From assembly GCA_028278505.1 (NCBI GenBank), contig JANQEG010000128.1:16047-80046 (forward strand): 64,000 bases of DNA, read 5' to 3'. Of the stretch, positions 26,557-35,657 are shown in pieces. Origin of the DNA: Rhodobiaceae bacterium. GTDB taxonomy: Bacteria; Pseudomonadota; Alphaproteobacteria; Rhizobiales; JAKPQE01. Each line of letters starts with the position of its first letter. Positions within the stretch are counted from its first letter, which is position 1. The position numbers were made by a program, and so were the translations under genes. The notes below the pieces were generated by a model. It searched no databases. It saw only the letters and a program-made list of their open reading frames with translations, and was not told the DNA's origin.

Positions 26557-29500
26557 CCTTGCCGCGCGATTCCAGGTCCTTCTTCAGGGCGGCCAGTGCG
26601 GCGAACGGGGAATCCGGGTCCGGTCCGCGCCGCTCCGGCTTGGCCGGCCTTTGCGGCTTGCCGCCATGGGTCTTGGCGGCATGGTGCGCGCCGTCCTTGC
26701 CGCGGTCCTTGCGGCCGCGCTTGGTCGCCCGACCGCCGGCCGGACGGCCATTGTTTTTGTCCTCGCCGGCCGAAGCGACCCGCGCTGCCGGCTTGCGGCC
26801 GCGGTGACCATGGTCGAAACGGCCGGGCCGCCAGACATCGATCTCGACCTCTTCTTCTGCAGCCGACGCGGCTTCGGGAGCGGCTTCGGCTGCAGGCGCG
26901 GCTTCGCCGTCTCCAGCAGATGCGGTTTCGGCTGCGCCGCCCGGCGCAACTTCATCCTCTCCCGCGGGCGCGGCAGGGGCAGCGGCATCGCCGGCTTCGG
27001 CGCTTTCGGTCGGCGTCGTATCGGTCGCGACATCATCGGTTACTGCGGCCGGTTCCGGCGCGGCAGCCGGCTCTGCCTCTGCAGCCGGTTCCGGTGCGGC
27101 GTCCGCCGGCGCGGTTTCCGCGAGCGCGGATTCCGCAAGCGCTGCCGGTTCGGGCTCAGCGATGGCTTCCGCGACGGGTGGTGCCGCTTCTGGCTCAGAC
27201 GTGACCTCGGCGACGGGTGCCGGTTCGGCCTCGCACGAAGTCTTATCGTCGCTCGCCGCCGCTGCGGTTTCCGTTTGGGCTTCCGGCTTTGCGTCGGCGT
27301 CCGCCGCGCCCGGCTGCGGCGCCGCGTCGCCGCGCCCGGTGACCGGACGCTTGACCTTGCGTTTCTCCGACCGGTAGCCGAGCGATTTCAGGATCGAGGC
27401 GAAATCCTCGCCGGCACAGCCGACCAGCGAGGTCATCGCCACGGTTGCGGCGAAGCCGCGGCCGTCGACGGCGCCCTCGGGCGGTGCCTCGCCGCCGCTC
27501 GGCCGCCACGCGAGGAGCGGCCGGATCAGATCGGCGAGCCGTTCGAGAATGTCGACGCGCACGGCGCGTTCGCCGCAGATGCGGTAGCCGACCAGGCGGT
27601 AGAGCAGCTTCGGCAGATCGTGGTCGATGGGGATCGAGGTGCGGCCGGAATGGGCGAGATGGGGCAGTTCGTCGAGTCCGGGCTGGTCGAGGCCGCCATT
27701 CTGCAACGCCCAGAGCATGACGATGAGGCCGCGCGGCCCCGGCTTCATCAGCGCCGGCAGGTAGATGTGGTAGGCGCCGAAACGGACGCCATATTTACGC
27801 ATGCCCGCGCGCGCGGTCTGGTCGAGCGCGCGAATGTCCTCGGCCACGGTCTTGCGGTCGAGGATGCCGAGCGCCTCGACAATCCGGAAGGCGACCCCGC
27901 GGGCGATGCCGTCGAGATTTTCGGCCTTGGCCAGATCGACCAGGGGCCCGAGCAGGCCGGCGACATGATGGCCGATCCAGGCCAGGAGCCGCGCCTCGAC
28001 GCGTTCGCGGGCGACGCCGGTGAGCTGTTCGTCGGCGAGCAGCACGATGGACGGCGCCAGCGTGTCGGCCCCGGCGGCGAGCTTGGCGACCGCCTCGCCG
28101 CGCCAGCGCAGGCTGCCGTCGGAGCCGAGCACCAGATCCTCGTTCGGCGCCACGGCGACCCGTTCGGCGCGCCGGTCGATCTCGCTGGCGAGCGCCTTCT
28201 GCGCGGCCGCCCGCAGCGCCTTCGCCTCGGGCCCGTCGGCGCCGGCATCGGGCGCGAACCGAAAGCCGTGCAGATGACCCACATGCTGGTTCTCGACCAG
28301 CACGTCTCCCGATGACGTCACTTCCGCTTCAAGCATGGCGTTTTCTCTCAACCGCCTCATCAATACACTGGTGCGCCGATCGACGAAACGTTGCATCAGC
28401 CGCTGGTGCAGGGCGTCGGACAATTTGTCCTCGATCTGCCGGGTCCGCTCCTGCCAATGGCCGGGATCGGCGAGCCAGTCGGGCCGGTGGGCGAGGAACG
28501 TCCAGGTGCGGATATGCGCGATCCGGTTGGCGATCGTATCGATATCCCCTTCGACCTGATCGCAATAGGCGACCTGCCGGTCGAACCAGTCCTCGGCGAT
28601 GACGTCGTCGCGCATGAGATAGGTGTAAAGCTGGGCGACCAGATCGGCGTGGTTGGCCGGCGCGATGCGGCGGTAGTCGGGCACCTGACAGACTTCCCAC
28701 AGCAATGCCACATGGTTTTCGCCGACCGCCAGTTCGGCGATTTCGCGGTCGCGGGCGAGGATCTCCAGCGCCTCGACGTCGATCGCCGGCGGCGCCCGGG
28801 TCAGCCCCGGGTCCTTCGGGATCCGCTCCAGGCTCCTGCGCAGCGCCGCAAGGCTCGACGCGTCGATCTCGCGGTTGCGCCATTGCAGCACCCGGACCGG
28901 GTCGAAATGATGGGTCTCGAGGGTCTCGACCAGCTTGTCGTCGAACGGTTCGCCGCGGGAGGTGACGCCGAACGTGCCGTCGCTCGTGTGGCGGCCGGCG
29001 CGGCCGGCGACCTGGCCGAGTTCGGCCGGCGTCAACTGGCGATGCTGGAAACCGTCGAACTTCCGGGTCGAGGCAAACGCGATATGGTCGACGTCGAGAT
29101 TGAGGCCCATGCCGATGGCGTCGGTGGCGACGAGGAAATCGACCTCGCCGGACTGGTAGAGCGCCACCTGGGCGTTGCGGGTGCGCGGGCTGAGCGAGCC
29201 GAGCACGACGGCGGCGCCGCCGCGCTGACGGCGGATCAGCTCGGCGATGGCGTAGACCTCGTCGGCGGAAAACGCGACGATTGCCGAGCGGCGCGGCAGC
29301 CGGGTGAGCTTTTTGGAGCCGGCATAGGCCAGTTGCGACATGCGCGGCCGCGTCACCACGTCGACGCCGGGCAAGAGCTTTTCGATGATCGGTTGCATGG
29401 TGGCGGCGCCGAGCAGCAGGGTTTCCGAAACACCGCGCAGATGCAGCAGCCGGTCGGTGAAGACGTGGCCGCGCTCCAGATCGCCGGCGAGCTGGATTTC

Positions 29501-29815
29501 GTCGATGGCGGCGAAGTCCGCGTCGGTCTCGCGCGGCATCGCCTCGACGGTGCAGACCGAGAAGCGCGGGTTTTCCGGCTTGATCTTCTCCTCGCCGGTG
29601 ATCAGCGCGACCTGATCGGCGCCGATGCGCTCGACGATGCGGCCATAGACCTCGCGCGCCAAGAGGCGCAGCGGCAGGCCGATAATGCCGGTCTCGTGGC
29701 CGAGCATGCGCTCGATCGCCAGATGGGTCTTGCCGGTATTCGTCGGGCCGAGCACGGCGGTGACGTTGCGGGCCCGCTGGCGCGGCACGGCGATGGTTTT
29801 TTCGGAGGTGTTCAT
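26549..29815 (-). CDS. SUV3-like superfamily-2 helicase with long low-complexity C-terminal tail
   Basis: Walker A 'GPTNTGKTH', 'AIDEIQ' (DExx box) and 'GRAGR' motif VI. The C-terminal ~280 aa are an Ala/Pro/Glu-rich acidic region followed by a Lys/Arg-rich tail. Confidence 0.85.
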   Translation of the reverse strand: MNTSEKTIAVPRQRARNVTAVLGPTNTGKTHLAIERMLGHETGIIGLPLRLLAREVYGRIVERIGADQVALITGEEKIKPENPRFSVCTVEAMPRETDADFAAIDEIQLAGDLERGHVFTDRLLHLRGVSETLLLGAATMQPIIEKLLPGVDVVTRPRMSQLAYAGSKKLTRLPRRSAIVAFSADEVYAIAELIRRQRGGAAVVLGSLSPRTRNAQVALYQSGEVDFLVATDAIGMGLNLDVDHIAFASTRKFDGFQHRQLTPAELGQVAGRAGRHTSDGTFGVTSRGEPFDDKLVETLETHHFDPVRVLQWRNREIDASSLAALRRSLERIPKDPGLTRAPPAIDVEALEILARDREIAELAVGENHVALLWEVCQVPDYRRIAPANHADLVAQLYTYLMRDDVIAEDWFDRQVAYCDQVEGDIDTIANRIAHIRTWTFLAHRPDWLADPGHWQERTRQIEDKLSDALHQRLMQRFVDRRTSVLMRRLRENAMLEAEVTSSGDVLVENQHVGHLHGFRFAPDAGADGPEAKALRAAAQKALASEIDRRAERVAVAPNEDLVLGSDGSLRWRGEAVAKLAAGADTLAPSIVLLADEQLTGVARERVEARLLAWIGHHVAGLLGPLVDLAKAENLDGIARGVAFRIVEALGILDRKTVAEDIRALDQTARAGMRKYGVRFGAYHIYLPALMKPGPRGLIVMLWALQNGGLDQPGLDELPHLAHSGRTSIPIDHDLPKLLYRLVGYRICGERAVRVDILERLADLIRPLLAWRPSGGEAPPEGAVDGRGFAATVAMTSLVGCAGEDFASILKSLGYRSEKRKVKRPVTGRGDAAPQPGAADADAKPEAQTETAAAASDDKTSCEAEPAPVAEVTSEPEAAPPVAEAIAEPEPAALAESALAETAPADAAPEPAAEAEPAAAPEPAAVTDDVATDTTPTESAEAGDAAAPAAPAGEDEVAPGGAAETASAGDGEAAPAAEAAPEAASAAEEEVEIDVWRPGRFDHGHRGRKPAARVASAGEDKNNGRPAGGRATKRGRKDRGKDGAHHAAKTHGGKPQRPAKPERRGPDPDSPFAALAALKKDLESRGKDG

Positions 29816-30365
29816 CGGGCTCGGGCGAACTCCGTCGTCCGGCTGGTGTCGCGATCGTCCGCCAGTTTCGGCAGGTGCCGGACGGCGTCTCGGCGCCCGT
29901 GTGTATCACAAGGGAACGGCCGGTGCGCGGTTTTTTTAACCGGCAGAACACGGCACGAACAAATCCTGTCCGAATCGCTGACTTGGCGATTTTCGGACTC
30001 TGTTCGCTACGATATCTGGCAAAAAAATCCGAGCGACCCCAACATGTTGAATCAGGCAATGCGCGCCTGCGGCGTCTTGCCCGGGCGCGGTTAACCGATC
30101 GGCATGTTCGGGAACATGCGGCGGTCCTGGCGGCGGTTAACGGCGCCTTGCCGGGCCCGTTCAATACGTGTTGCGGCGATTAACCTTTCCGGCCGGAACG
30201 GGAACAGAGCATCGACGAATCAGTGCTTTAGCGATGTTCCGTTTCCGGTCCACCACGATCTTGTGGCCGGCGGGCCGGGCGATACCAGATCGGGCCGGCC
30301 GAACGCTGCCGCCGAGGCCGGCCGCTTCTGCCGAATTAACCGATCCGTCCGATTGGGGGACACCC

Positions 30366-31187
30366 TCAATTGATCTCGGTGAGGAACTCCTCGGCTTCGG
30401 CCACGGCCGGTCCGAAAGCCGTTCCCACATGGACGCGGATCGGGGCGAAGAAACCAGTGTTGCCGAGCGGCGCGATCCAGATCTCCATGTCGCGGTTCTT
30501 GATCATGTACTGAATCGCCTTGCGGCCGGGCCGATAGCCCGAGATCGGCCGGAACCGCGCCTTGCAGACATAGGCCGGGGCGGTGTAGCCGTTCATCTTG
30601 GCGGTCACCCGCACGGTGTGGCTGTAGTTGAGCGCAAGGTCGAAGCGCTGCAGCCCGTCGAAGATCGAGACGGTGCGGTTGCACACGCCCTGGCCGGTCG
30701 CCGATTGCGGCTTGCCCATGAAGGCGCTCATCGGATCGAGCACGTTCTCCAGGTGCGCCGGTTCGACCGGAATGCGGTCGGGACGGTCCGGTTGCGGCGG
30801 CGCGTGGACGACATTGGTGACCTTGCCGGCGGCGAGGTTGATGTTGACGCTCTCGGCGCCCTCCTTGTCGGTGATCGACAGCGCATAGCCGTCGGATTTC
30901 AGCCGGCCGTCGACGATGGTGCCGTTGCTTCTTGCGTCACCGCGGGAATCGGTGAAGAACTTTGCCACGCCCGCCACCACGCCGGTGCTTGCCAGCGCGT
31001 AGGCATCGTTGGAAAAACTGGCGATGATACCGGCCTTGCCGATTTTCACGCCGGCGAAATAGACGCGGTAGAAGCCGCGAAATTTGGCGTCGGCGGCGGC
31101 CTGGCTGCCGGTAGCGACGGCGGCGGCGAAGACGCCCGCGGCGATTGCGAGGGACGGAATCGAGGTTTGAAATCGAATTCGGGGCAT
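30366..31187 (-). CDS. Secreted protein, DUF3108-like (tentative)
   Basis: Signal peptide 'IPSLAIAAGVFAAAVATGSQAAA' and a beta-rich sequence. The family assignment is from memory only. Confidence 0.5.
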   Translation of the reverse strand: MPRIRFQTSIPSLAIAAGVFAAAVATGSQAAADAKFRGFYRVYFAGVKIGKAGIIASFSNDAYALASTGVVAGVAKFFTDSRGDARSNGTIVDGRLKSDGYALSITDKEGAESVNINLAAGKVTNVVHAPPQPDRPDRIPVEPAHLENVLDPMSAFMGKPQSATGQGVCNRTVSIFDGLQRFDLALNYSHTVRVTAKMNGYTAPAYVCKARFRPISGYRPGRKAIQYMIKNRDMEIWIAPLGNTGFFAPIRVHVGTAFGPAVAEAEEFLTEIN

Positions 31188-31377
31188 CTATGGTGAAATC
31201 CTGTTTTCGAGCTGACGGAACGCGTCCCGACCGCGCGATTAACGATGGAATTGGACAATAGTAAGATTGGCAAACACCGAAGCCGCGGCGTGAACTAGAC
31301 GTCAAGCGATCGCGGGGGTGTCCCGCGATATTGCCGGCGGAATTGCTCGGACAGATTAGGCCAGTGGAAGGACCGGA

Positions 31378-33153
31378 ATGTCCACCGAACAGATCATTCT
31401 CTTCGGCCTTTTCGGCATCGTTTTCGCCGCACTCCTCTGGGGTCGCTGGCGATACGATCTCATTGCCTTTCTCGCCCTGGTGGTCGCGCTTCTGCTCGGC
31501 GTGGTGCCCAAGGAGGCGGCGTTTTCCGGTTTCGGCCATCCGGCGACGGTGATCGTCGCCCTGGTGCTCGTCGTCTCGCGCGGCCTGATCAATTCGGGTG
31601 CCGTCGAATTCATCACCAGGCGGCTGGTCGATGTCGGCCGCGGGCTCGCCGCCCATATCGGCGTCATGGCCGGGATAGGCGGCGCGCTTTCGGCGTTCAT
31701 GAACAATGTCGCAGCACTTGCGCTGTTGATGCCGGTGGAACTGCAGGCCTCGGCCAAGGCCGGGCGCAGCCCGTCGCTGTCGCTGATGCCGCTTGCGTTT
31801 GCCACCATTCTCGGCGGCCTCGTCACGCTGATCGGCACGCCGCCCAACATCATCATCGCCGCGTTCCGCGAAACCGCGCTCGGCGAACCGTTCCAGATGT
31901 TCGATTTCGCGCCGGTCGGCTTCGTCGCAGCACTGGCCGGCATCGCCTTCATTGCGACCATCGGCTGGCGGCTGATCCCCGGTGACCGCGCCAACAAGGA
32001 CACGACGAAGGAGCTGTTTTCGATCGACGACTATATCGCCGAACTGGTGGTGCCGGAGAATTCGCCGGTCATCGGCAAGCTGGTCTCCGAACTGGACGCC
32101 CAGGCCGACGAAGCGGATGTGGCGATCATCGGCCTGGTGCGGCGCGGCAAGCGGCTGCCCGGCGGCGCGCGGATGGTGGAAATCCGAAAAGGAGACATGC
32201 TCGTCGTCGAAGCCGCGCCGGCGGCGATAGACCGGGTCGTCGGCGCCCTGAAACTTCGCTATGACGGCGGCGAGAAGCACCAGGCCGCGGCCGGCGGCGG
32301 CATGTCGCTGGTCGAGGCGGTGGTGCCGAAGGATGGGCGCATTGCCGGACGCTCGGCGATGTCGGTGCGGCTGCTCTCGCGCCGCGGCGTGACGCTGCTC
32401 GGCGTGTCGCGCCAGGGGCGGCGCTTTCGCGACCGGGTCCGGCGGCTCGAAATCCGCGCCGGCGACGTGCTGCTGCTGCTCGGGCCGACCAGCCATATCA
32501 GCGACACGATCTCCTGGCTGGGGGCGCTGCCGCTCGCCGATCGCGGGCACTCGGTCACCCAGTATCATCGCGCCGCGCTCGCGGCGGGCGTGTTCGCGAT
32601 TGCGGTTGCGCTCGCCAGTTTCGGCATCGTCTATCTGCCGGTGGCGCTGGCCGCCGTCGTCGCGCTCTATGTCGCCACCGACATCGTGCCGATCCGGGAG
32701 GTCTACGAGAACGTCGAATGGCCGGTCGTGGTCCTGCTCGGATCGATGATCCCGCTCGGTGCCGCGCTCGAGGCGTCGAACGGCACGGCGCTGATCGCCA
32801 ACGGCATCGTCGATCTCACCGAAGGCTTCGGGCCGGTATTCGTGCTGACCGTGCTGATGGTGGTGACGATGACGCTGTCGGATGTGCTCAACAACACCGC
32901 GACGACGGTGATCGCGGCGCCGATCGCCGTCGACATCGCCAATCGTCTGAACGTCAACGCCGATCCGTTCCTGATGGCGGTGGCGATCGCCGCCTCCTGC
33001 GCGTTCCTGACGCCGATCGGGCACAAGAACAACACCTTGATCATGGGACCGGGCGGCTATTCCTTCGGCGATTACTGGCGCATGGGGCTGCCGCTGGAGA
33101 TTCTCATCGTCGCGGTCTCGGTGCCGATGATTACCGTGGTCTGGCCGTTTTAG
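31378..33153 (+). CDS. SLC13/DASS-family anion permease with two central TrkA-C domains
   Basis: Membrane domains flank two soluble repeats, 'IAELVVPENSPVIGKLVSEL...' and 'LVEAVVPKDGRIAGRSAMSV...RAGDVLLLLG', which are TrkA_C-like. Confidence 0.85.
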   Translation: MSTEQIILFGLFGIVFAALLWGRWRYDLIAFLALVVALLLGVVPKEAAFSGFGHPATVIVALVLVVSRGLINSGAVEFITRRLVDVGRGLAAHIGVMAGIGGALSAFMNNVAALALLMPVELQASAKAGRSPSLSLMPLAFATILGGLVTLIGTPPNIIIAAFRETALGEPFQMFDFAPVGFVAALAGIAFIATIGWRLIPGDRANKDTTKELFSIDDYIAELVVPENSPVIGKLVSELDAQADEADVAIIGLVRRGKRLPGGARMVEIRKGDMLVVEAAPAAIDRVVGALKLRYDGGEKHQAAAGGGMSLVEAVVPKDGRIAGRSAMSVRLLSRRGVTLLGVSRQGRRFRDRVRRLEIRAGDVLLLLGPTSHISDTISWLGALPLADRGHSVTQYHRAALAAGVFAIAVALASFGIVYLPVALAAVVALYVATDIVPIREVYENVEWPVVVLLGSMIPLGAALEASNGTALIANGIVDLTEGFGPVFVLTVLMVVTMTLSDVLNNTATTVIAAPIAVDIANRLNVNADPFLMAVAIAASCAFLTPIGHKNNTLIMGPGGYSFGDYWRMGLPLEILIVAVSVPMITVVWPF

Positions 33154-33215
33154 GGAACCGTGAAGAAAAGTCCTTCGCTGCGCTCAGTGTACTTTTCTTC
33201 ATTTTGGAAAATTGA

Positions 33216-33292
33216 GTTGGCGCATCTTGAGGCGGCTCTGCGATGCGCCAACACATCATTGTTTTCTGATCATGGCCGATGGCCATGATCAG
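33216..33292. terminator. Two perfect hairpins between convergent genes (putative bidirectional terminators)
   Basis: 'gttggcgcatc'/'gatgcgccaac' (33216-33252, 15-nt loop) and 'ctgatcatggcc'/'ggccatgatcag' (33266-33292, 3-nt loop). There are no clean U-tracts. Confidence 0.35.
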
Positions 33293-33351
33293 GCCGAAGA
33301 CATGTCAAATCAGCGGCCGATGTTTAAACGGAAACGCCGCCGCGGATGCGC

Positions 33352-34131
33352 TCAGTCGCGCTGCAGCAGGTAGAAGGCGTAGCCGTAATCGTCGCTGAAG
33401 GCCGCGAAAAGGCGCATTTCCTGCAAAGTATCGGCGATGACGGCGGCAATGACCGGCGCTTCCGCCGTCTCCCGATCGAGCGCGTCGATGCGGGCCTTGA
33501 GCGGATCGAAATAGCCCTCCCACCACGCCGATGCCGGCAGCTTGAAGGTGTCGAGCGTCCGGTAGCCGGCGGCTGCGGCGCGGGCCGTGTTTTCGGCGAT
33601 CGTCCCCATTCCGGGATATCCGGTCTTAAAATAGCTATTCGCTTCTGCGGCCGGAGCGTCGGTGAACCAGGAGAGTTCAGAGGCGACGAGGACGCCGCCG
33701 GGGCGGAGAAGTTTTCGCCATTGCTCCAGCCCCGCCTGAAACCCGAGCAGGTAGATCGCGCCCTCCGACCAGATCAGGTCGGCGCCGGCTTCGGCCAGGT
33801 CGAGCGCCCCGAAATCGCCGACACGGGGCGCGATATGGCGGCTCAGTCCCCGCTCGGCCGCGGTCCGGCGCAGCAGATCGATATAGGGCGCGTACATGTC
33901 AACGGCGATGATCGGCGCGGCCAGGGCGTCGCTCAAGGCTTCCGCCAGCGTCAGCGTCGAGGCGCCGGCGCCGCAGCCGAGATCGACAACGCGCGGATTT
34001 GCGGGGAGGAGACCGCGGACGCGGTCGAGCGCGGTGCGGGTCGCGGCATCGCTGCCGGGGCCGAGCCGGTGCAGCCCCTCATGCAAGGTGCAGAGCGCGG
34101 CGATATAGGCGTCTTCTTCGCTATCTGTCAT
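33352..34131 (-). CDS. Class I SAM-dependent methyltransferase
   Basis: SAM-binding motif I 'VVDLGCGAGASTLTLAE'. 259 aa. Confidence 0.8.
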   Translation of the reverse strand: MTDSEEDAYIAALCTLHEGLHRLGPGSDAATRTALDRVRGLLPANPRVVDLGCGAGASTLTLAEALSDALAAPIIAVDMYAPYIDLLRRTAAERGLSRHIAPRVGDFGALDLAEAGADLIWSEGAIYLLGFQAGLEQWRKLLRPGGVLVASELSWFTDAPAAEANSYFKTGYPGMGTIAENTARAAAAGYRTLDTFKLPASAWWEGYFDPLKARIDALDRETAEAPVIAAVIADTLQEMRLFAAFSDDYGYAFYLLQRD

Positions 34132-35248
34132 TGCTGCGCTGAATGGTCCCGGTGAATTTCGGCTTCTTGGCGGCGCGCCGCGCGGTCTGCCAGCCGGTAA
34201 TCGGCTTGCACCAGGATTTGGGTTCGCCGAACCCGTAGCGCTTTCCGCAGGCGCTTGCCTGCGGCGGAATCCGCGTCTTTTCGAAAATGTCGTAGCCTTG
34301 CTTGAGGTTGCGCCAGAAGCCGATCCACTGGCTGCCGGGGTGTTCCCTGAACGCCTTTTCGGTCATCCGGAACGGAAAGATGTGGACGGGAATGCCCGGC
34401 TGTCCGTCGATCAGCGCCTTCTCGACGATGCCGTAGATTTCCTCGATCGCCGGATCGGTCATCGCGTAGCAGCCGACCGAGGCGCAGGCGCCGTGCACCA
34501 TCAGGAACGACCCGGTGCGGTCATGGGCTTTGTCGAAGGCGTTGGGATAGCCGACATTGAAGGCGCGGTGATAGTCGCTGTTGGGCTTCAACTGGCTGCG
34601 GTCGACGACGTAGAATCCCTCCGGGCTCTGGAAGTCGCCCTCGCGTAGCTTGGGGCCGAGCGAGCCGGACCAGGCGCAGATCGGGTAGGTGCGGGCGAGC
34701 TTGAATTCGCCGCCGCGGCTGTACCAGAGTTCGAGCGCGCTTTCCTGCTTGAAGATGCGGACAAAGACGTGGAACGGCCCGTCTTCGAAGAGGTGGGTGA
34801 TCGGGCGCGGCACCGGCAGCGGCGGATCGACGAGCGGAGACGTCATGACGGGTGCGGGCGCCGCGGCGGGCTCGGTTGGGGTCGCCGCGGGCTCGGTCGG
34901 TGCCGCGGCGGGCTCGGTCGGCGTCGCGGCGGGCTCGGTCGGCGTCGCGGCGGTTTCGGCGGGGGCGGCTGCGGCACCGGCGTCTTCAGCCGCTTCAGCG
35001 GGTACATCCTCGCCGTCGGCTGCGGGCGCTGTGCCGGAGACTTCGGCGGAATCGTCTTCTGAAGCGACAGCAGGCGCGGGTCTCGGCGTCGGTTCGGGGA
35101 ACGTATCGGGCGCTTGTTCCGCGGTTGCGGGGGTCGGGACCGAAGGCTTCGGCGGCGGTGCGGTCTCGGCCGCTGCCGGCAGCGCCGGTGAAAGCCCGAA
35201 CACCAATAGTCCGGACATCAGTATCAGCGTGGCGCGAATGCCGATCAT
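34121..35248 (-). CDS. L,D-transpeptidase-family (YafK/YkuD-like) secreted protein with PTEPAA repeat linker
   Basis: Signal peptide 'LILMSGLLVFGLSPALPAAA'. Catalytic-type 'FLMVHGACASVGCYAMTD' (His...GC). ATG at 35248. Confidence 0.8.
   Translation of the reverse strand: MIGIRATLILMSGLLVFGLSPALPAAAETAPPPKPSVPTPATAEQAPDTFPEPTPRPAPAVASEDDSAEVSGTAPAADGEDVPAEAAEDAGAAAAPAETAATPTEPAATPTEPAAAPTEPAATPTEPAAAPAPVMTSPLVDPPLPVPRPITHLFEDGPFHVFVRIFKQESALELWYSRGGEFKLARTYPICAWSGSLGPKLREGDFQSPEGFYVVDRSQLKPNSDYHRAFNVGYPNAFDKAHDRTGSFLMVHGACASVGCYAMTDPAIEEIYGIVEKALIDGQPGIPVHIFPFRMTEKAFREHPGSQWIGFWRNLKQGYDIFEKTRIPPQASACGKRYGFGEPKSWCKPITGWQTARRAAKKPKFTGTIQRSNDR
34860..34964. repeat. Tandem 21-bp coding repeat (~5 units)
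   Basis: Units 'gccgcggcgggctcggt(t/c)gg(g/t/c)' repeat head-to-tail. On the minus strand they encode 'PTEPAA(A/T)' heptads inside the L,D-transpeptidase-like gene. Confidence 0.75.
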
Positions 35249-35451
35249 GTCGTCTTCCGTCGTTCTGCCGCCGCGGCATCGTTCGGGCCGTGTGCACATC
35301 GGCCGTCATCGGTGGTGCCGCGAATCCCGCGGCTGAGACTGACATATTAATCTAAGCGAAGATTAACCGCGTCCGGTAGGGGCCGGTTCGGCCGATAAAG
35401 ATATCGTGAGCCGGTGCGCGGTTGCCGCGGTTCATCGAACCGTTCTCTTTG

Positions 35452-35618
35452 GTCATTGCCCGCTTCATGCGGGCAATCCAATGGCCTTTCAGTGCCTGGA
35501 AGCGTTTGAATTTCTTCACCAAGGCGTTGGTCACGCGGATAAGCCAATGGACCACCCGGACAAGCCGGGTGGAGACGAGGGAGGGGGCGGTGGTGACGGA
35601 GGGGGCGGTGATGACGAA
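35452..35618 (+). repeat. Composite ~170-bp intergenic repeat, copy A
   Basis: Module order is hairpin 'attgcccgcttcatgcgggcaat', then 'ccaatggcc', a ~55-bp spacer, 'gccaatggaccacccggacaagccgggtgg', then 'ggagggggcggtg(g/a)tgac' tandem units. It is collinear with the reverse complement of 59311-59482. Confidence 0.6.
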
Positions 35619-35657
35619 TGTGTCGGGGAGTGTGGTCGATTACTAATACCGCGGGTA

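Noticed and set aside
26327-30164. Several 560-660-aa ORFs on both strands overlapping the helicase gene (26327-28315 +, 28391-30094 +, 28329-30164 -).
   Set aside because: All are alternative-frame or antisense products of a 3.3-kb GC-rich gene. Only the 26549-29815 minus frame contains the helicase motifs (GKT, DEIQ, GRAGR).
30088-30345. Four 'ttaac(c/g)' motifs in the helicase upstream region, considered as CtrA boxes.
   Set aside because: None has a partner TTAA at the required 7-nt spacing. Isolated TTAAC pentamers are expected by chance in 550 bp.
30937-33024. 695-aa minus-strand ORF overlapping the SLC13 permease gene and the DUF3108-like gene.
   Set aside because: Its composition is extremely Arg/Asp/His/Gly-rich and has no hydrophobic core. 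It is antisense to a well-supported transporter gene and is a GC-driven open frame.
34860-34964. Regularly spaced 21-bp direct repeats, considered as a possible CRISPR-like array.
   Set aside because: The units are contiguous with no spacers. They lie inside a coding sequence and encode PTEPAA heptads. No CRISPR array or cas gene is seen anywhere in the window.
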